Positions 37,533-46,173 of a stretch of 64,000 nucleotides of DNA are shown piece by piece (position 1 is the stretch's first letter; the number at the start of each line of letters is the position of its first letter). Origin of the DNA: Minisyncoccota bacterium. GTDB lineage: Bacteria > Patescibacteriota > Minisyncoccia > Phycocordibacterales > UBA5272. A program made the translations under genes and the position numbers. Below the pieces are notes generated by a model. That model searched no databases, was not told where the DNA came from, and worked only from the letters and a program-made list of their open reading frames with translations. The stretch lies in contig JAXLZS010000001.1 in the NCBI GenBank assembly GCA_046350775.1, forward strand, positions 481,838 to 545,837, given 5' to 3'.

Positions 37533-39182
37533 TTATTTAATAAATTTTATCAATATATCTCTCCTAAAATTATCCCATTCTATATTTACAAGATGCTCTT
37601 TTTTGGATAATAATTCTTTTTCTCTATTTTCACTAACAAAAAACTCTATACCTCTCTTTTCTCCAATAATTATTTCCAAATGCTCTTTATTTTTACCAAA
37701 TCTTTTAGATTTTACATTATGATTTCCATCTAATTTTATTTTAAATTTAGGCTTTGGATTTTCTACGCCAAAAGGTGAAAAGATTTTTATTTCTTCATAT
37801 ATTTTTCTATTTATCTCTCCTATTTTAATTAATATAAAATCTTTTTCTAGTTTTTCTTTTTTATCTTCTTTTAGATTTCTATTTATATTTTTACTATATT
37901 CTTTTAAAAAATTTTCAAAATCTTTTATTTGGTCTTTATGAATAGCAAAACCTCCAGCAGCTTCATGTCCTCCAAAATTTTCTAAAAATATTTCACCTTT
38001 TATCATTATTTCTACTACATTTAGGTTGTCTTCCCCTACTCTCACACTCCCTTTCATGATATTTTTATCTTCCCCCATCCCCCAGATAAAGCAAGTCTTA
38101 CCAGTTGTCTCACCTATTTTAGCAGCAATCAGCCCCAGTATCCCTGGTCCCCAATTTTCATCTCCCAAAAATATTATTTCCTCCTCTTTTAATTTTTCTA
38201 TATCTATAGATTCTATCGCCTCTTTAGTGTTAAATTTTCTATTGGTATTAAATTTTTCTAATTTTTCAGCGTAGTCTACAGACTCATCGTTGTGAAGTAA
38301 AGCGTTAAATGCGTCTATAGGATCTGCCATCCTTGATGCAGAGTTTATTCTTGGTGCAATACCAAAAGCTATGTCGTCTTCATTTATTTTGGTCTGATCT
38401 ATTTTTGCGTTGGCTAAAATTTTTTGCAATCCTGGCCTGCTTGATTTTCTCAAGACTTGCAGCCCATATTTTACTAAAAGTCTATTTTCATTTTTGAGTG
38501 GTACTAGATCAGCGACAGTCGATATAGCTACCATATCGAGTAGCCACTTTTCCCAGCCCTCTTTTACATTATATTCCTCTCTGTATTTATTTAAAAAAGC
38601 ATGTACAAGCTTCCATGCTGTAGAGCAACCACACAAAAATTTTTCTTCATATTTATCGTCTGCTTGCTTTGTGTTTATTATTGCAAAAGCATCTGGTAAA
38701 ATTTGCTTATTTTTTTCATTCAAGATTGGCAGATGATGATCCGTTAGTATCACATTTATATTATTTTCTTCGGCAAACTTTATCTCTTCAATATTTGTGA
38801 TACCAATGTCGATAGTGATCATGAGAGAATATTTTTCCTCAATAAATTTTTCTATAGCCTTTTTATTTAATCCATAGCCCTCATTGTGGCGATGTGGAAT
38901 ATAGACTGAGAAATTTTCATAATTTATTTTTTTAAAAAAGTCGTGCAACACAACAGCCCCGGGTATGCCGTCACAATCATAGTCAGCATAGATTACTATT
39001 TTCTGATTCTCATCTATTGCTTTTTTAATTCTCTCTAGAGACTTATCTATATCTTTAATTTTTTCAGCAGGGTAAAGATCTCTCTCCCAATTTGGTTTAA
39101 AATATTTTTCCATCTCCATTTCGTTTTCTAGATCAAGACCAAGCGTCTTAGAAATTTGCTTTTGTAAGTCTGAGAGTATCAT
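37533..39182 (-). CDS. recJ: Single-stranded-DNA-specific exonuclease RecJ (DHH/DHHA1 family)
   Basis: DHH-family motifs YADYDCDGI, ILTDHHLP and GGHEAAGGF. Confidence 0.75.
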   Translation of the reverse strand: MILSDLQKQISKTLGLDLENEMEMEKYFKPNWERDLYPAEKIKDIDKSLERIKKAIDENQKIVIYADYDCDGIPGAVVLHDFFKKINYENFSVYIPHRHNEGYGLNKKAIEKFIEEKYSLMITIDIGITNIEEIKFAEENNINVILTDHHLPILNEKNKQILPDAFAIINTKQADDKYEEKFLCGCSTAWKLVHAFLNKYREEYNVKEGWEKWLLDMVAISTVADLVPLKNENRLLVKYGLQVLRKSSRPGLQKILANAKIDQTKINEDDIAFGIAPRINSASRMADPIDAFNALLHNDESVDYAEKLEKFNTNRKFNTKEAIESIDIEKLKEEEIIFLGDENWGPGILGLIAAKIGETTGKTCFIWGMGEDKNIMKGSVRVGEDNLNVVEIMIKGEIFLENFGGHEAAGGFAIHKDQIKDFENFLKEYSKNINRNLKEDKKEKLEKDFILIKIGEINRKIYEEIKIFSPFGVENPKPKFKIKLDGNHNVKSKRFGKNKEHLEIIIGEKRGIEFFVSENREKELLSKKEHLVNIEWDNFRRDILIKFIK

Positions 39183-39328
39183 AATGATAGAGATTATAGC
39201 AGTATTTTCAGTTTCAGAAAAAGACTTGCAAAAAATATTTTATTATGTTATTCTATTTTTAGATTTTAGAATTTATTTAATGGGTTAGTAAGAACAAGCC
39301 ACGATGAAAATCGTGGCTCTCTTTATTT

Positions 39329-40828
39329 TTATAGTCTAAATTTCTTTTTGATTTCCTCTTTTTGTTTTTCGTTTTCTTGCTCCATTTTTTCTTTTCCACT
39401 ATTTGCCAGATTTTCTATTTTTTTTATATCTAAATTATTTAATTCTATAGTTCTAGCTTTCAAATATTCTTCAGTATTTTTACTTGCGTCATCTATAACC
39501 TCCTCAAACAGAGCATTCAAAATAAGGCCAATTTTTTTTCCAGGTTTTTCATTTAGTATCTGCATTATTTTTTCACCATTAATTTTTAGAGTTTTGAGTG
39601 ATATTGGATCTCTTAAAGCTTCTTCTATCATACTTTCAAACATTCTTAATCTGTAAGGTTCTTCTTTTTTTGTTCCTGAACCCATTCTGTCACAGATTCT
39701 TACATTTATAAGATCCCAAATATTTTCTTTTCCAATATTGACTATCAATCTTCGTACAGCTGCTAGAGTAATTTGTTCTGTATCAGAGAAAAACATATGC
39801 CAGCGGACCATCTTTGAGACTTTATCAATAAACTTTTTATCAAATTTCAATCTTTCTAAAATTTTCTTTGTCATTTTTTCACCGACAACCTCATGTCCAT
39901 AAAAAGTGTAATCATTTCTATTTTGATCATATCTTCTAGTTTTTGGTTTTCCGATATCATGAAATAGTGCAGTCATCCTAGTTTCTAGATCGTAATTCTT
40001 TTCTGCAGCATGATTGAGTGATCGGAGTGAATGCTCAAAGACATCATAAGTGTGATGACCATTTTGCTCTACTCCAACAGAAGAATCTAATTCTGATGAA
40101 ATATATTTTAAGAGTCCAAGCTTTTGTGAAATGACTAAAGCTTGCATTGGCTCAGGTGACATAATAATTTTTATAAATTCGTCACGAATTCTTTCTTGAG
40201 ATATTTTTTCTAAATTATTTGCAAGTTTAAATATCGCAGAAAATGTCTCACTAGAAATCACATATCCAAGCTGTGCTGAGAAGCGTATAGCACGAAGCAT
40301 GCGAAGTGCGTCTTCATTAAATCTTTCTTCTGCATCACCAACACATTTAATATTTTTATTTTTTATATCTTCTTGACCAGCAAATGGATCTACTAAAATA
40401 TTTTTTATTGGATCATAGGCAATAGCATTGATTGTAAAATCTCTTCTCTTAAGATCTTCTTCTATAGTTTTGCCCCATTCAACTTTTGTTGGATGACGAA
40501 AGTCTTCATATTCACCTTCTGTCCTATAGGTTGTGACTTCGATTATTTTTTCTGTCTCATCATTTTCATTTCTGATTTTTACTCCAACAGTACCAAATTT
40601 ATTTTCGTAGACAGTATCGTCTTCACCAAAAATGTTTATTATTTCTTCTGGTATTGCATTTGTTGCTATGTCCCAGTCATTTGGCTCTCTATCGATAATC
40701 ATGTCACGAACACATCCACCGACAAGATAGCTTTCAAAATTATTTTTAGACAACATTTCACAAACCCAAATTACATCTTCTGGAATTTTATTATTATTTA
40801 TTTGGTTTTGTGAATTATTTTGTCTCAT
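39329..40828 (-). CDS. cca: CCA-adding tRNA nucleotidyltransferase with HD domain
   Basis: GGCVRDMIIDREPNDWDIAT (class II nucleotidyltransferase GGxVRD), RFSAQLGY, and HD motif HDIGKP. Confidence 0.85.
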   Translation of the reverse strand: MRQNNSQNQINNNKIPEDVIWVCEMLSKNNFESYLVGGCVRDMIIDREPNDWDIATNAIPEEIINIFGEDDTVYENKFGTVGVKIRNENDETEKIIEVTTYRTEGEYEDFRHPTKVEWGKTIEEDLKRRDFTINAIAYDPIKNILVDPFAGQEDIKNKNIKCVGDAEERFNEDALRMLRAIRFSAQLGYVISSETFSAIFKLANNLEKISQERIRDEFIKIIMSPEPMQALVISQKLGLLKYISSELDSSVGVEQNGHHTYDVFEHSLRSLNHAAEKNYDLETRMTALFHDIGKPKTRRYDQNRNDYTFYGHEVVGEKMTKKILERLKFDKKFIDKVSKMVRWHMFFSDTEQITLAAVRRLIVNIGKENIWDLINVRICDRMGSGTKKEEPYRLRMFESMIEEALRDPISLKTLKINGEKIMQILNEKPGKKIGLILNALFEEVIDDASKNTEEYLKARTIELNNLDIKKIENLANSGKEKMEQENEKQKEEIKKKFRL

Positions 40829-40830
40829 TT

Positions 40831-41226
40831 TTATTCATCAACTTCTCCATCAAATACGTCATTCTTTTCATCAGCTTCTGCGTCAGCTTTGGTGACATGA
40901 ATAGTTCCTTTTTTATGATTTGGTGTAGCGTAAACTGTGTATAGTTTTAGATCTTCACTACCAGTATTTACAATATTATGCTCTGTGCCAGCTGTGATGA
41001 CTACCACATCTCCGTCTACTAAATCCCTCTCGACCCCATTGAGTATAGATTTTGCGTTTCCTTTTTCAATTCTAATAAATTGATCAATGTGATGAATCTC
41101 CATACCAATATCTCCTCCAACAGGAATACTCATGACTACGATTTGCATAAATTTAGAAGTGTAGAGTACTGTTCTAAAATTTGTATTCTCCAAACTAGCT
41201 TTTTCAATATTTGTTATAAATGACAT
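40831..41226 (-). CDS. Cupin-domain protein
   Basis: 131 aa; G(X)5HXH-like segment PVGGDIGMEIHHIDQF plus a second cupin motif GDVVVITAGTEHNIVN. Confidence 0.6.
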   Translation of the reverse strand: MSFITNIEKASLENTNFRTVLYTSKFMQIVVMSIPVGGDIGMEIHHIDQFIRIEKGNAKSILNGVERDLVDGDVVVITAGTEHNIVNTGSEDLKLYTVYATPNHKKGTIHVTKADAEADEKNDVFDGEVDE

Positions 41227-41289
41227 AAATTTATTTTATTTAACCAAAGATTTCTAATATCATTATTATACACCAGTCAGATTTTAATG

Positions 41290-41361
41290 TGCCCCCGCCA
41301 GGATTCGAACCCAGAACAGCGGTTCCGAAGACCGATGTGATATCCATTTCACCACGGAGGC
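41290..41361 (-). tRNA. tRNA-Arg (anticodon read as UCG; tentative)
   Basis: Reverse complement GCCTCCGTGGTGAAATGGATATCACATCGGTCTTCGGAACCGCTGTTCTGGGTTCGAATCCTGGCGGGGGCA folds as a cloverleaf with acceptor GCCTCCG/CGGGGGC, T-loop TTCGAAT and anticodon loop CTTCGGA. Confidence 0.6.
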
Positions 41362-41422
41362 TTTATTTAATGATAACAAATAAAAGACTGAAGTCCTATA
41401 AAAATTTAGAGTTTATTTTTTG

Positions 41423-41493
41423 TGCGGCGTAAGGGAATCGAACCCTTGTCCCCTGCTTGGAAGGCAGGTATTCTACCACTAAACCAACACCGC
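41423..41493 (-). tRNA. tRNA-Gly (anticodon UCC)
   Basis: Reverse complement GCGGTGTTGGTTTAGTGGTAGAATACCTGCCTTCCAAGCAGGGGACAAGGGTTCGATTCCCTTACGCCGCA has anticodon stem CCTGC/GCAGG, loop CTTCCAA and T-loop TTCGATT. The CCA end is not encoded. Confidence 0.7.
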
Positions 41494-41584
41494 ATTAATG
41501 TAATAATATCACAAAAAAGATTTTTTTACAAAACTATAATATATAATAAAAGAAAAACCACTCATTTAAGCGAATGGTTTTTCA

Positions 41585-41875
41585 TAGTCCTCTAACTCAT
41601 AAGCGGAATTCTGTTTATATGATCATTTATCTGGGAATATTATTACTAATATCCTCAAGCGGCACTCTTCAAAATATTTGAAGCACGGCCTTGCACACAG
41701 GTAAGTATTTTGCCGTTTCATCCGAACTAAATCGGTTCGTCACTGTTCGCAACTCTCGCCTTGCGGCGGACGGGCGTTACCCGCTACCATTTTAACTTTT
41801 TACAAAGTATGTGTTCCGACTTTCCTCAAGATTTAAAATAAGTTAAATCTCGCGATCATTTGAGGAAGAGATGTA
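41585..41875 (-). ncRNA. rnpB: RNase P RNA (bacterial type A-like, compact); ends approximate
   Basis: On the minus strand, the conserved P4 5' strand GAGGAAAGTCGGAAC (reverse complement of 41811-41830) and the P4 3' strand ACAGAATTCCGCTTATGAG (reverse complement of ~41590-41625) are both present. A P3-like hairpin (agattta…taaatct) is also seen. The segment is a GC-elevated non-coding island between tRNA genes. Confidence 0.6.
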
Positions 41876-41933
41876 TATAATAACAAAATTAATATTTAAA
41901 TTCAATTATTTCAATATAGTGAAATTAAAAAAA

Positions 41934-42197
41934 TTATTCCCAATTTTCCCACTCCCCTCCATTTTCTACATTCACAAAACCTTTTTCTTCTAAAAAATTT
42001 TTTGCCATTTCTGCTCTGCTACCACTTCTACAAACTAGCAGTATCTTTTTATCTTTATCTATTTTAGCTAATTCTGTTTCATCAAAATTTTCTTCAAGCT
42101 CATCAAGTGGAATATTCACACTTCCTTCCGCATGTTCTAGATCAAACTCTTCTTTTGTTCTTACATCAATAAAAAAATCAAAATCTTTTTTATTCAT
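41934..42197 (-). CDS. Rhodanese-domain sulfurtransferase (single domain)
   Basis: 87 aa; active-site loop LLVCRSGSRAEMA and the rhodanese N-terminal pattern DVRTKEEFDLEHAEGSVNIPL. Confidence 0.75.
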   Translation of the reverse strand: MNKKDFDFFIDVRTKEEFDLEHAEGSVNIPLDELEENFDETELAKIDKDKKILLVCRSGSRAEMAKNFLEEKGFVNVENGGEWENWE

Positions 42198-42205
42198 ATC
42201 TTTTG

Positions 42206-42278
42206 TCGGAGTGCAGGGATTCGAACCCTGAGTCGCTGGTACCCAAAACCAGAATGTTAGCCGTTACACCACACTCCG
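42206..42278 (-). tRNA. tRNA-Pro (anticodon UGG)
   Basis: Reverse complement CGGAGTGTGGTGTAACGGCTAACATTCTGGTTTTGGGTACCAGCGACTCAGGGTTCGAATCCCTGCACTCCGA has a C1-G72 acceptor, anticodon loop TTTGGGT and T-loop TTCGAAT. Confidence 0.7.
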
Positions 42279-42339
42279 AAACATTCTTATAAAACGATTT
42301 TATCACAAAAAAGACTTTTCTCAAAACATATTGATATAT

Positions 42340-42393
42340 AAAATACTTTTTAAAATGAGGTCCCGCTTCGCGAAACATTTTCAAAAGTATTTT
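42340..42393. repeat. Copy B of the ~56-nt palindromic element (arms aaaatactttttaaaatg / cattttcaaaagtatttt, core gaggtcccgcttcgcgaaa)
   Basis: The arms are near-perfect reverse complements, matching at 17 of 18 positions. The core is shared with copies A and C. Confidence 0.65.
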
Positions 42394-42404
42394 ACATATT
42401 TAGG

Positions 42405-43517
42405 TTATTTTATTTTTATTTTTTTTAATCCCACCAATCTCTCATCAGCTAAAACTCTCACCCTCCACTCCCCTTCAGAAATATTTTTCATATAAGAATA
42501 TCCCCTATATCCAGTCTCTCTTCCACCGGATACAGAATAATTTATTCTCGCCATTTCTATCCAAATTTCTTTTGTATAATCATATTTTTCCCAGACATGA
42601 GATATTTCAGCTGTGACATTTGATGGAGATATGATACTAGAAAAGAAATAGATTCCACTATCTTTTATATTTGTAAAATTATAATAATTATCTTCTAGAT
42701 ACCAAAATTTTTTATTTTCTACTAATCCATTTTTCTCTTTTATATAATTTAAATCAGAAGCGTATTCTTCTTTGTAGATATTTGAATAAAACCCAGATTC
42801 TCCCAAAGCTAGAGGTACAGCAGGAATATAGTTTATATAATAAAGTCTTAAAAGTAAAAATGGAAAAAAAACCGAAAATACAATCAATAATACAAATTCT
42901 TTTCCTGAAAGATATATTCTCTGCAGTATCAGTGTCATGATAGAGATCAAAATCGCAGAGACTAAAATAGAAATCAAAAAGGTATTGCTATTTACTTTGT
43001 TTAAAACTATAGGCACATCAAATATTACAAATAAGGTCACTCCGATGAAAAATAGTAAAATATCTGGGACGATACCATATAAAAATTCATTAGCTAATAT
43101 CGCTAGTATCACAATCAAAAATATAGGCCACATCTGAATAACATCAGAGCTCCTAAAATAATACACTAGTACATGAGACAAAAGTGTTCCTAAAAAGAAT
43201 GAGACAAGATATGTCACCCAACTATTCATTTTTTCTAAAAATCTATGAGTTCTACTTTTAGTATTTTCAGACTCAGATTTTTCTTGGTCTTTATTTTTTT
43301 CTTGTTCTTGCTTTTTTATAGATTTATTTCTGGCTCTTAGTCCCCTTTTTATCCATTGTCTTATTAGGAGTAAAGCGAAGACAAGTCCTATATCAAATGG
43401 TGCTACCCATATATAATACGGAGAAGTCACTTTTGGTAAGAAAAATAAATCTACACCAAATCCAACCACAAATGAGATAGTTTTAAAATGCTTTATAAGT
43501 GCTTTTATGAAATTCAT
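42405..43517 (-). CDS. Polytopic membrane protein with C-terminal extracytoplasmic domain, unknown function
   Basis: At least 6 predicted TM helices in the N-terminal 250 aa; intact 370-aa ORF. Confidence 0.5.
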   Translation of the reverse strand: MNFIKALIKHFKTISFVVGFGVDLFFLPKVTSPYYIWVAPFDIGLVFALLLIRQWIKRGLRARNKSIKKQEQEKNKDQEKSESENTKSRTHRFLEKMNSWVTYLVSFFLGTLLSHVLVYYFRSSDVIQMWPIFLIVILAILANEFLYGIVPDILLFFIGVTLFVIFDVPIVLNKVNSNTFLISILVSAILISIMTLILQRIYLSGKEFVLLIVFSVFFPFLLLRLYYINYIPAVPLALGESGFYSNIYKEEYASDLNYIKEKNGLVENKKFWYLEDNYYNFTNIKDSGIYFFSSIISPSNVTAEISHVWEKYDYTKEIWIEMARINYSVSGGRETGYRGYSYMKNISEGEWRVRVLADERLVGLKKIKIK

Positions 43518-43569
43518 TATCTAATTATAATATAAATTATTACAATAAAATATTTTTTGTTGAAAAATT

Positions 43570-43959
43570 TTATAAAATCATTTTTTCATATATTTTGATC
43601 TTGGCCTGCTTTCTTTCTGTGTTTAAAAATATTATTATGCTCATAATTTCTATTTCCGTCTTAGTCTCATCTATTTTTTTATAATTTAAATAGTTTTTTA
43701 TAGCTTTTAAAAGCCTTTTTCTTTTTTCATGTGAAATGTTGTTTTCAGGTCTAAAAGACATATCTTTTATTTCGTTAAAAGACGAAATTTTTTTAGTTTT
43801 TACTTCTATAAAGTACAGTTTATTGTTTTTTCTTGCCACAATATCTATTTCCCCTCCTCTACAATTGTAATTTCTATCTAAAATCGTGAAATTTTTATTT
43901 TTTAAATAAAAATACGCTACATCTTCTCCTTTTTTACCAATTTCATTATGTTGAGCCAT
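43570..43959 (-). CDS. YraN/UPF0102 family endonuclease-like protein
   Basis: GEDVAYFYLKNKNFTILDRNYNCRGGEIDIVARK…FIEVKT matches the UPF0102 pattern (GE.lA..yL...G..il.rN.r...GEiDli…vEVK). Confidence 0.7.
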   Translation of the reverse strand: MAQHNEIGKKGEDVAYFYLKNKNFTILDRNYNCRGGEIDIVARKNNKLYFIEVKTKKISSFNEIKDMSFRPENNISHEKRKRLLKAIKNYLNYKKIDETKTEIEIMSIIIFLNTERKQAKIKIYEKMIL

Positions 43960-44526
43960 AATTTATACAAATTATTTATATTTTATCATGAATAATATTT
44001 TATTTTTGTGTTACACATGAAATTTTAATACTAATTATGTATACATATTTCATATGTAACGGTACGGGTCTATAGATGTATGTTTTTTAGTTAACTTTTC
44101 ATATGTAACGTTTATTTATATTTTAATTTAATTAAGTAGATAAATTGTATTAAAAACTAATTAATTTATCTTTCACAAGAAACCATTTATTATATTATTT
44201 TATTATATTATTATATAAATTAGTTTCACATGAAACAATATTTAAATATTATTCTAGATAATCTCTACAATATTTTCTACAAAAAGTCATTTTTTAGAGA
44301 CATTCTTATTTTGTCCTTATAATACATAGACATTTTGTCGATTAAAAAATTAAAATCTTTAAAAATAAAGGTATTTTATAATCGTCATAAGCTTTAAAAA
44401 GACTTTTCAAAGTGTCTTTTTATCCCCATATACACGGACTTGTCCACTGTTTTGACGTTTATAAACATTTTTGAGCATGTCTCTTTAGTACAATATCAGC
44501 CTGATTTATTGTGATATCATATAAAT

Positions 44527-45219
44527 ATGAAAGAATCAGGAAACTATAAAAATATAAAGATAAATCTTGAATGGGCTCAAGTTTTAAAAGATTATTTCGA
44601 GACTAATAACTGGAAAGATTTATCTATATTTATCAAAAGCGAATATTTGGACAAAAATAAAAAGATATTTCCAGAAGCAAAAAATGTCTTTAAGGCTTTC
44701 GATTTGACTCCTTTTTCTAAAGTAAAGGTCATAATTTTAGGCCAAGACCCATACCATGATGATAAACAGGCGAATGGATTATGTTTTTCTGTCCCTAAAG
44801 GTCTGGTTTTGCCGCCATCACTTAAAAATATATATAAAGAAATTGAAACAGATCTGAATATTAAAAAGGATTTCACGGATGGAGATCTTGGAAAATGGGC
44901 AGAGCAGGGGGTATTTTTATTAAATAGTATATTGACTGTAATAGCTCATAATCCAGCTTCACACAGAAATAAGGGATGGGAAAGTTTCACGAATGAAGTA
45001 ATAAAGACTCTATCTGATAAAAGACAAAATTTAGTATTTATGCTTTGGGGTAATTATGCTAAATCAAAAAAGTCTTTAATAGATACAAAAAGACATTTAG
45101 TATTGGAAGCTCCACATCCTTCACCATTTTCTGTGCACACAGGATTCTTTGGTTGTAAGCATTTTTCTAAATGTAATGAATATTTAAAGAAAAATCAAAT
45201 AGGGGAGATTGATTGGTAG
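44527..45219 (+). CDS. ung: Uracil-DNA glycosylase (family 1)
   Basis: VIILGQDPYHDDKQANGLCFSV (water-activating loop GQDPYH) and EAPHPSPFSVH (HPSPLS motif). Confidence 0.9.
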   Translation: MKESGNYKNIKINLEWAQVLKDYFETNNWKDLSIFIKSEYLDKNKKIFPEAKNVFKAFDLTPFSKVKVIILGQDPYHDDKQANGLCFSVPKGLVLPPSLKNIYKEIETDLNIKKDFTDGDLGKWAEQGVFLLNSILTVIAHNPASHRNKGWESFTNEVIKTLSDKRQNLVFMLWGNYAKSKKSLIDTKRHLVLEAPHPSPFSVHTGFFGCKHFSKCNEYLKKNQIGEIDW

Positions 45220-45240
45220 TATTTTTTATATTATCCTAAC

Positions 45241-45296
45241 AAAATATTTATTTCGAATGGGGCTCCGCTTCGCTAAACATTCTCAATAAATATTTT
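45241..45296. repeat. Copy C of the ~56-nt palindromic element (arms aaaatatttatttcgaatgg / aacattctcaataaatatttt, core ggctccgcttcgctaaac)
   Basis: Arms are reverse-complementary, with 12 perfect pairs plus extensions. The core is shared with A and B. It lies directly after the ung stop codon. Confidence 0.65.
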
Positions 45297-45355
45297 GTTC
45301 TAATTAATATTATATTTTGGAAAAATATAAATTTTGTGATAAAATATAAATCAAT

Positions 45356-45426
45356 GCGGTGTTGGTTTAGTGGTAGAACACGTCCTTGCCAAGGATGAGA
45401 CAGGAGTTCGATTCTCCTACGCCGCA
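45356..45426 (+). tRNA. tRNA-Gly (anticodon GCC)
   Basis: GCGGTGTTGGTTTAGTGGTAGAACACGTCCTTGCCAAGGATGAGACAGGAGTTCGATTCTCCTACGCCGCA has the same acceptor stem as the UCC isoacceptor. Anticodon loop TTGCCAA. Confidence 0.75.
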
Positions 45427-45450
45427 CAAAAGTTTCACAAGAAACATAAA

Positions 45451-45480
45451 ACAAAATACCCTTATATATAAAGGGTATTT
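45451..45480. terminator. Bidirectional intrinsic terminator (aaaatacccttatatataaagggtatttt)
   Basis: Perfect 8-bp stem ACCCTTTA / TAAAGGGT flanked by A/T runs, after tRNA-Gly and at the 3' end of the convergent minus-strand gene. Confidence 0.75.
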
Positions 45481-45508
45481 TGTTTATTTCTTATTTGTAG
45501 TATTTTAA

Positions 45509-46057
45509 TTACCAATTAAAAAAAGATTTTACTTTTTGAAACCAAGAGCTGTTCTCTGTACGAATAGGAGCTTGATTGTTTATAGCGTTTACTACAGGAC
45601 TGACTACATTTTTGTCTACTGTCTCATCTATAGAATATTTTTTTACAGTATCTGTGGTGACAGTTTTTAGAGTTTTAATAGGAGCTTTTAAAGTTTTAGT
45701 ATTTGCCGCAGGCTTTACCTCTGTCACACCGTCCGTAGTTGTAAGGGGAGATAATTCTGCATCACCAACTAAATTAATGAAAGATTTTTGATAATCAGCC
45801 TTTAATGCTTGAAATTTAGATGTAAAATCTTTTCTGAGTTCATTTATCTTTGTGTTTGTCTCCGGATCTTTTGTTGTGCCATAAAATAAAAGAAAATCAT
45901 CTTTTTCTATAGGGAAAGAAATCTCTACCTGAGAAGAAGTTGTGCCAGTATTAAGAGTAGAAGATGCTGAAGCATCTGTCTCAGCATAAGCAAAAGACAC
46001 TGCCAAGGAGCAGGCGATAAAAGACAATATCAATATATTTTGCAAATTTCTTTTCAT
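45509..46057 (-). CDS. Secreted protein, unknown function
   Basis: The track ORF extends to 46138. The internal Met at ~46057 (MKRNLQNILILSFIACSLAVSFAYA) gives a proper signal peptide and avoids overlapping the rny terminator, so it is the more plausible start. Confidence 0.5.
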   Translation of the reverse strand: MKRNLQNILILSFIACSLAVSFAYAETDASASSTLNTGTTSSQVEISFPIEKDDFLLFYGTTKDPETNTKINELRKDFTSKFQALKADYQKSFINLVGDAELSPLTTTDGVTEVKPAANTKTLKAPIKTLKTVTTDTVKKYSIDETVDKNVVSPVVNAINNQAPIRTENSSWFQKVKSFFNW

Positions 46058-46116
46058 TGCTTGTAATATAGCAAAAACTTCATAAAATATAAAATCATTA
46101 TTTAACAAACTTAACA

Positions 46117-46148
46117 AAAAACCAGTGATATGTTTCACTGGTTTTTTG
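46117..46148. terminator. Intrinsic terminator downstream of rny (aaaaaaccagtgatatgtttcactggtttttt)
   Basis: 7-bp stem ACCAGTG / CACTGGT flanked by A- and T-runs. Confidence 0.7.
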
Positions 46149-46173
46149 TTTCATATGAAATTTTATTATGTTT

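Noticed and set aside
41540-41580. Intrinsic terminator at the 3' side of the RNase P RNA (aaaaaccactcatttaagcgaatggttttt)
   Set aside because: Only a ~5-bp AACCA/TGGTT stem can be drawn. This is too weak to call, although the A/T runs are suggestive.
42190-42384. 64-aa minus-strand ORF
   Set aside because: It overlaps the tRNA-Pro gene and palindromic element B; no coding signal.
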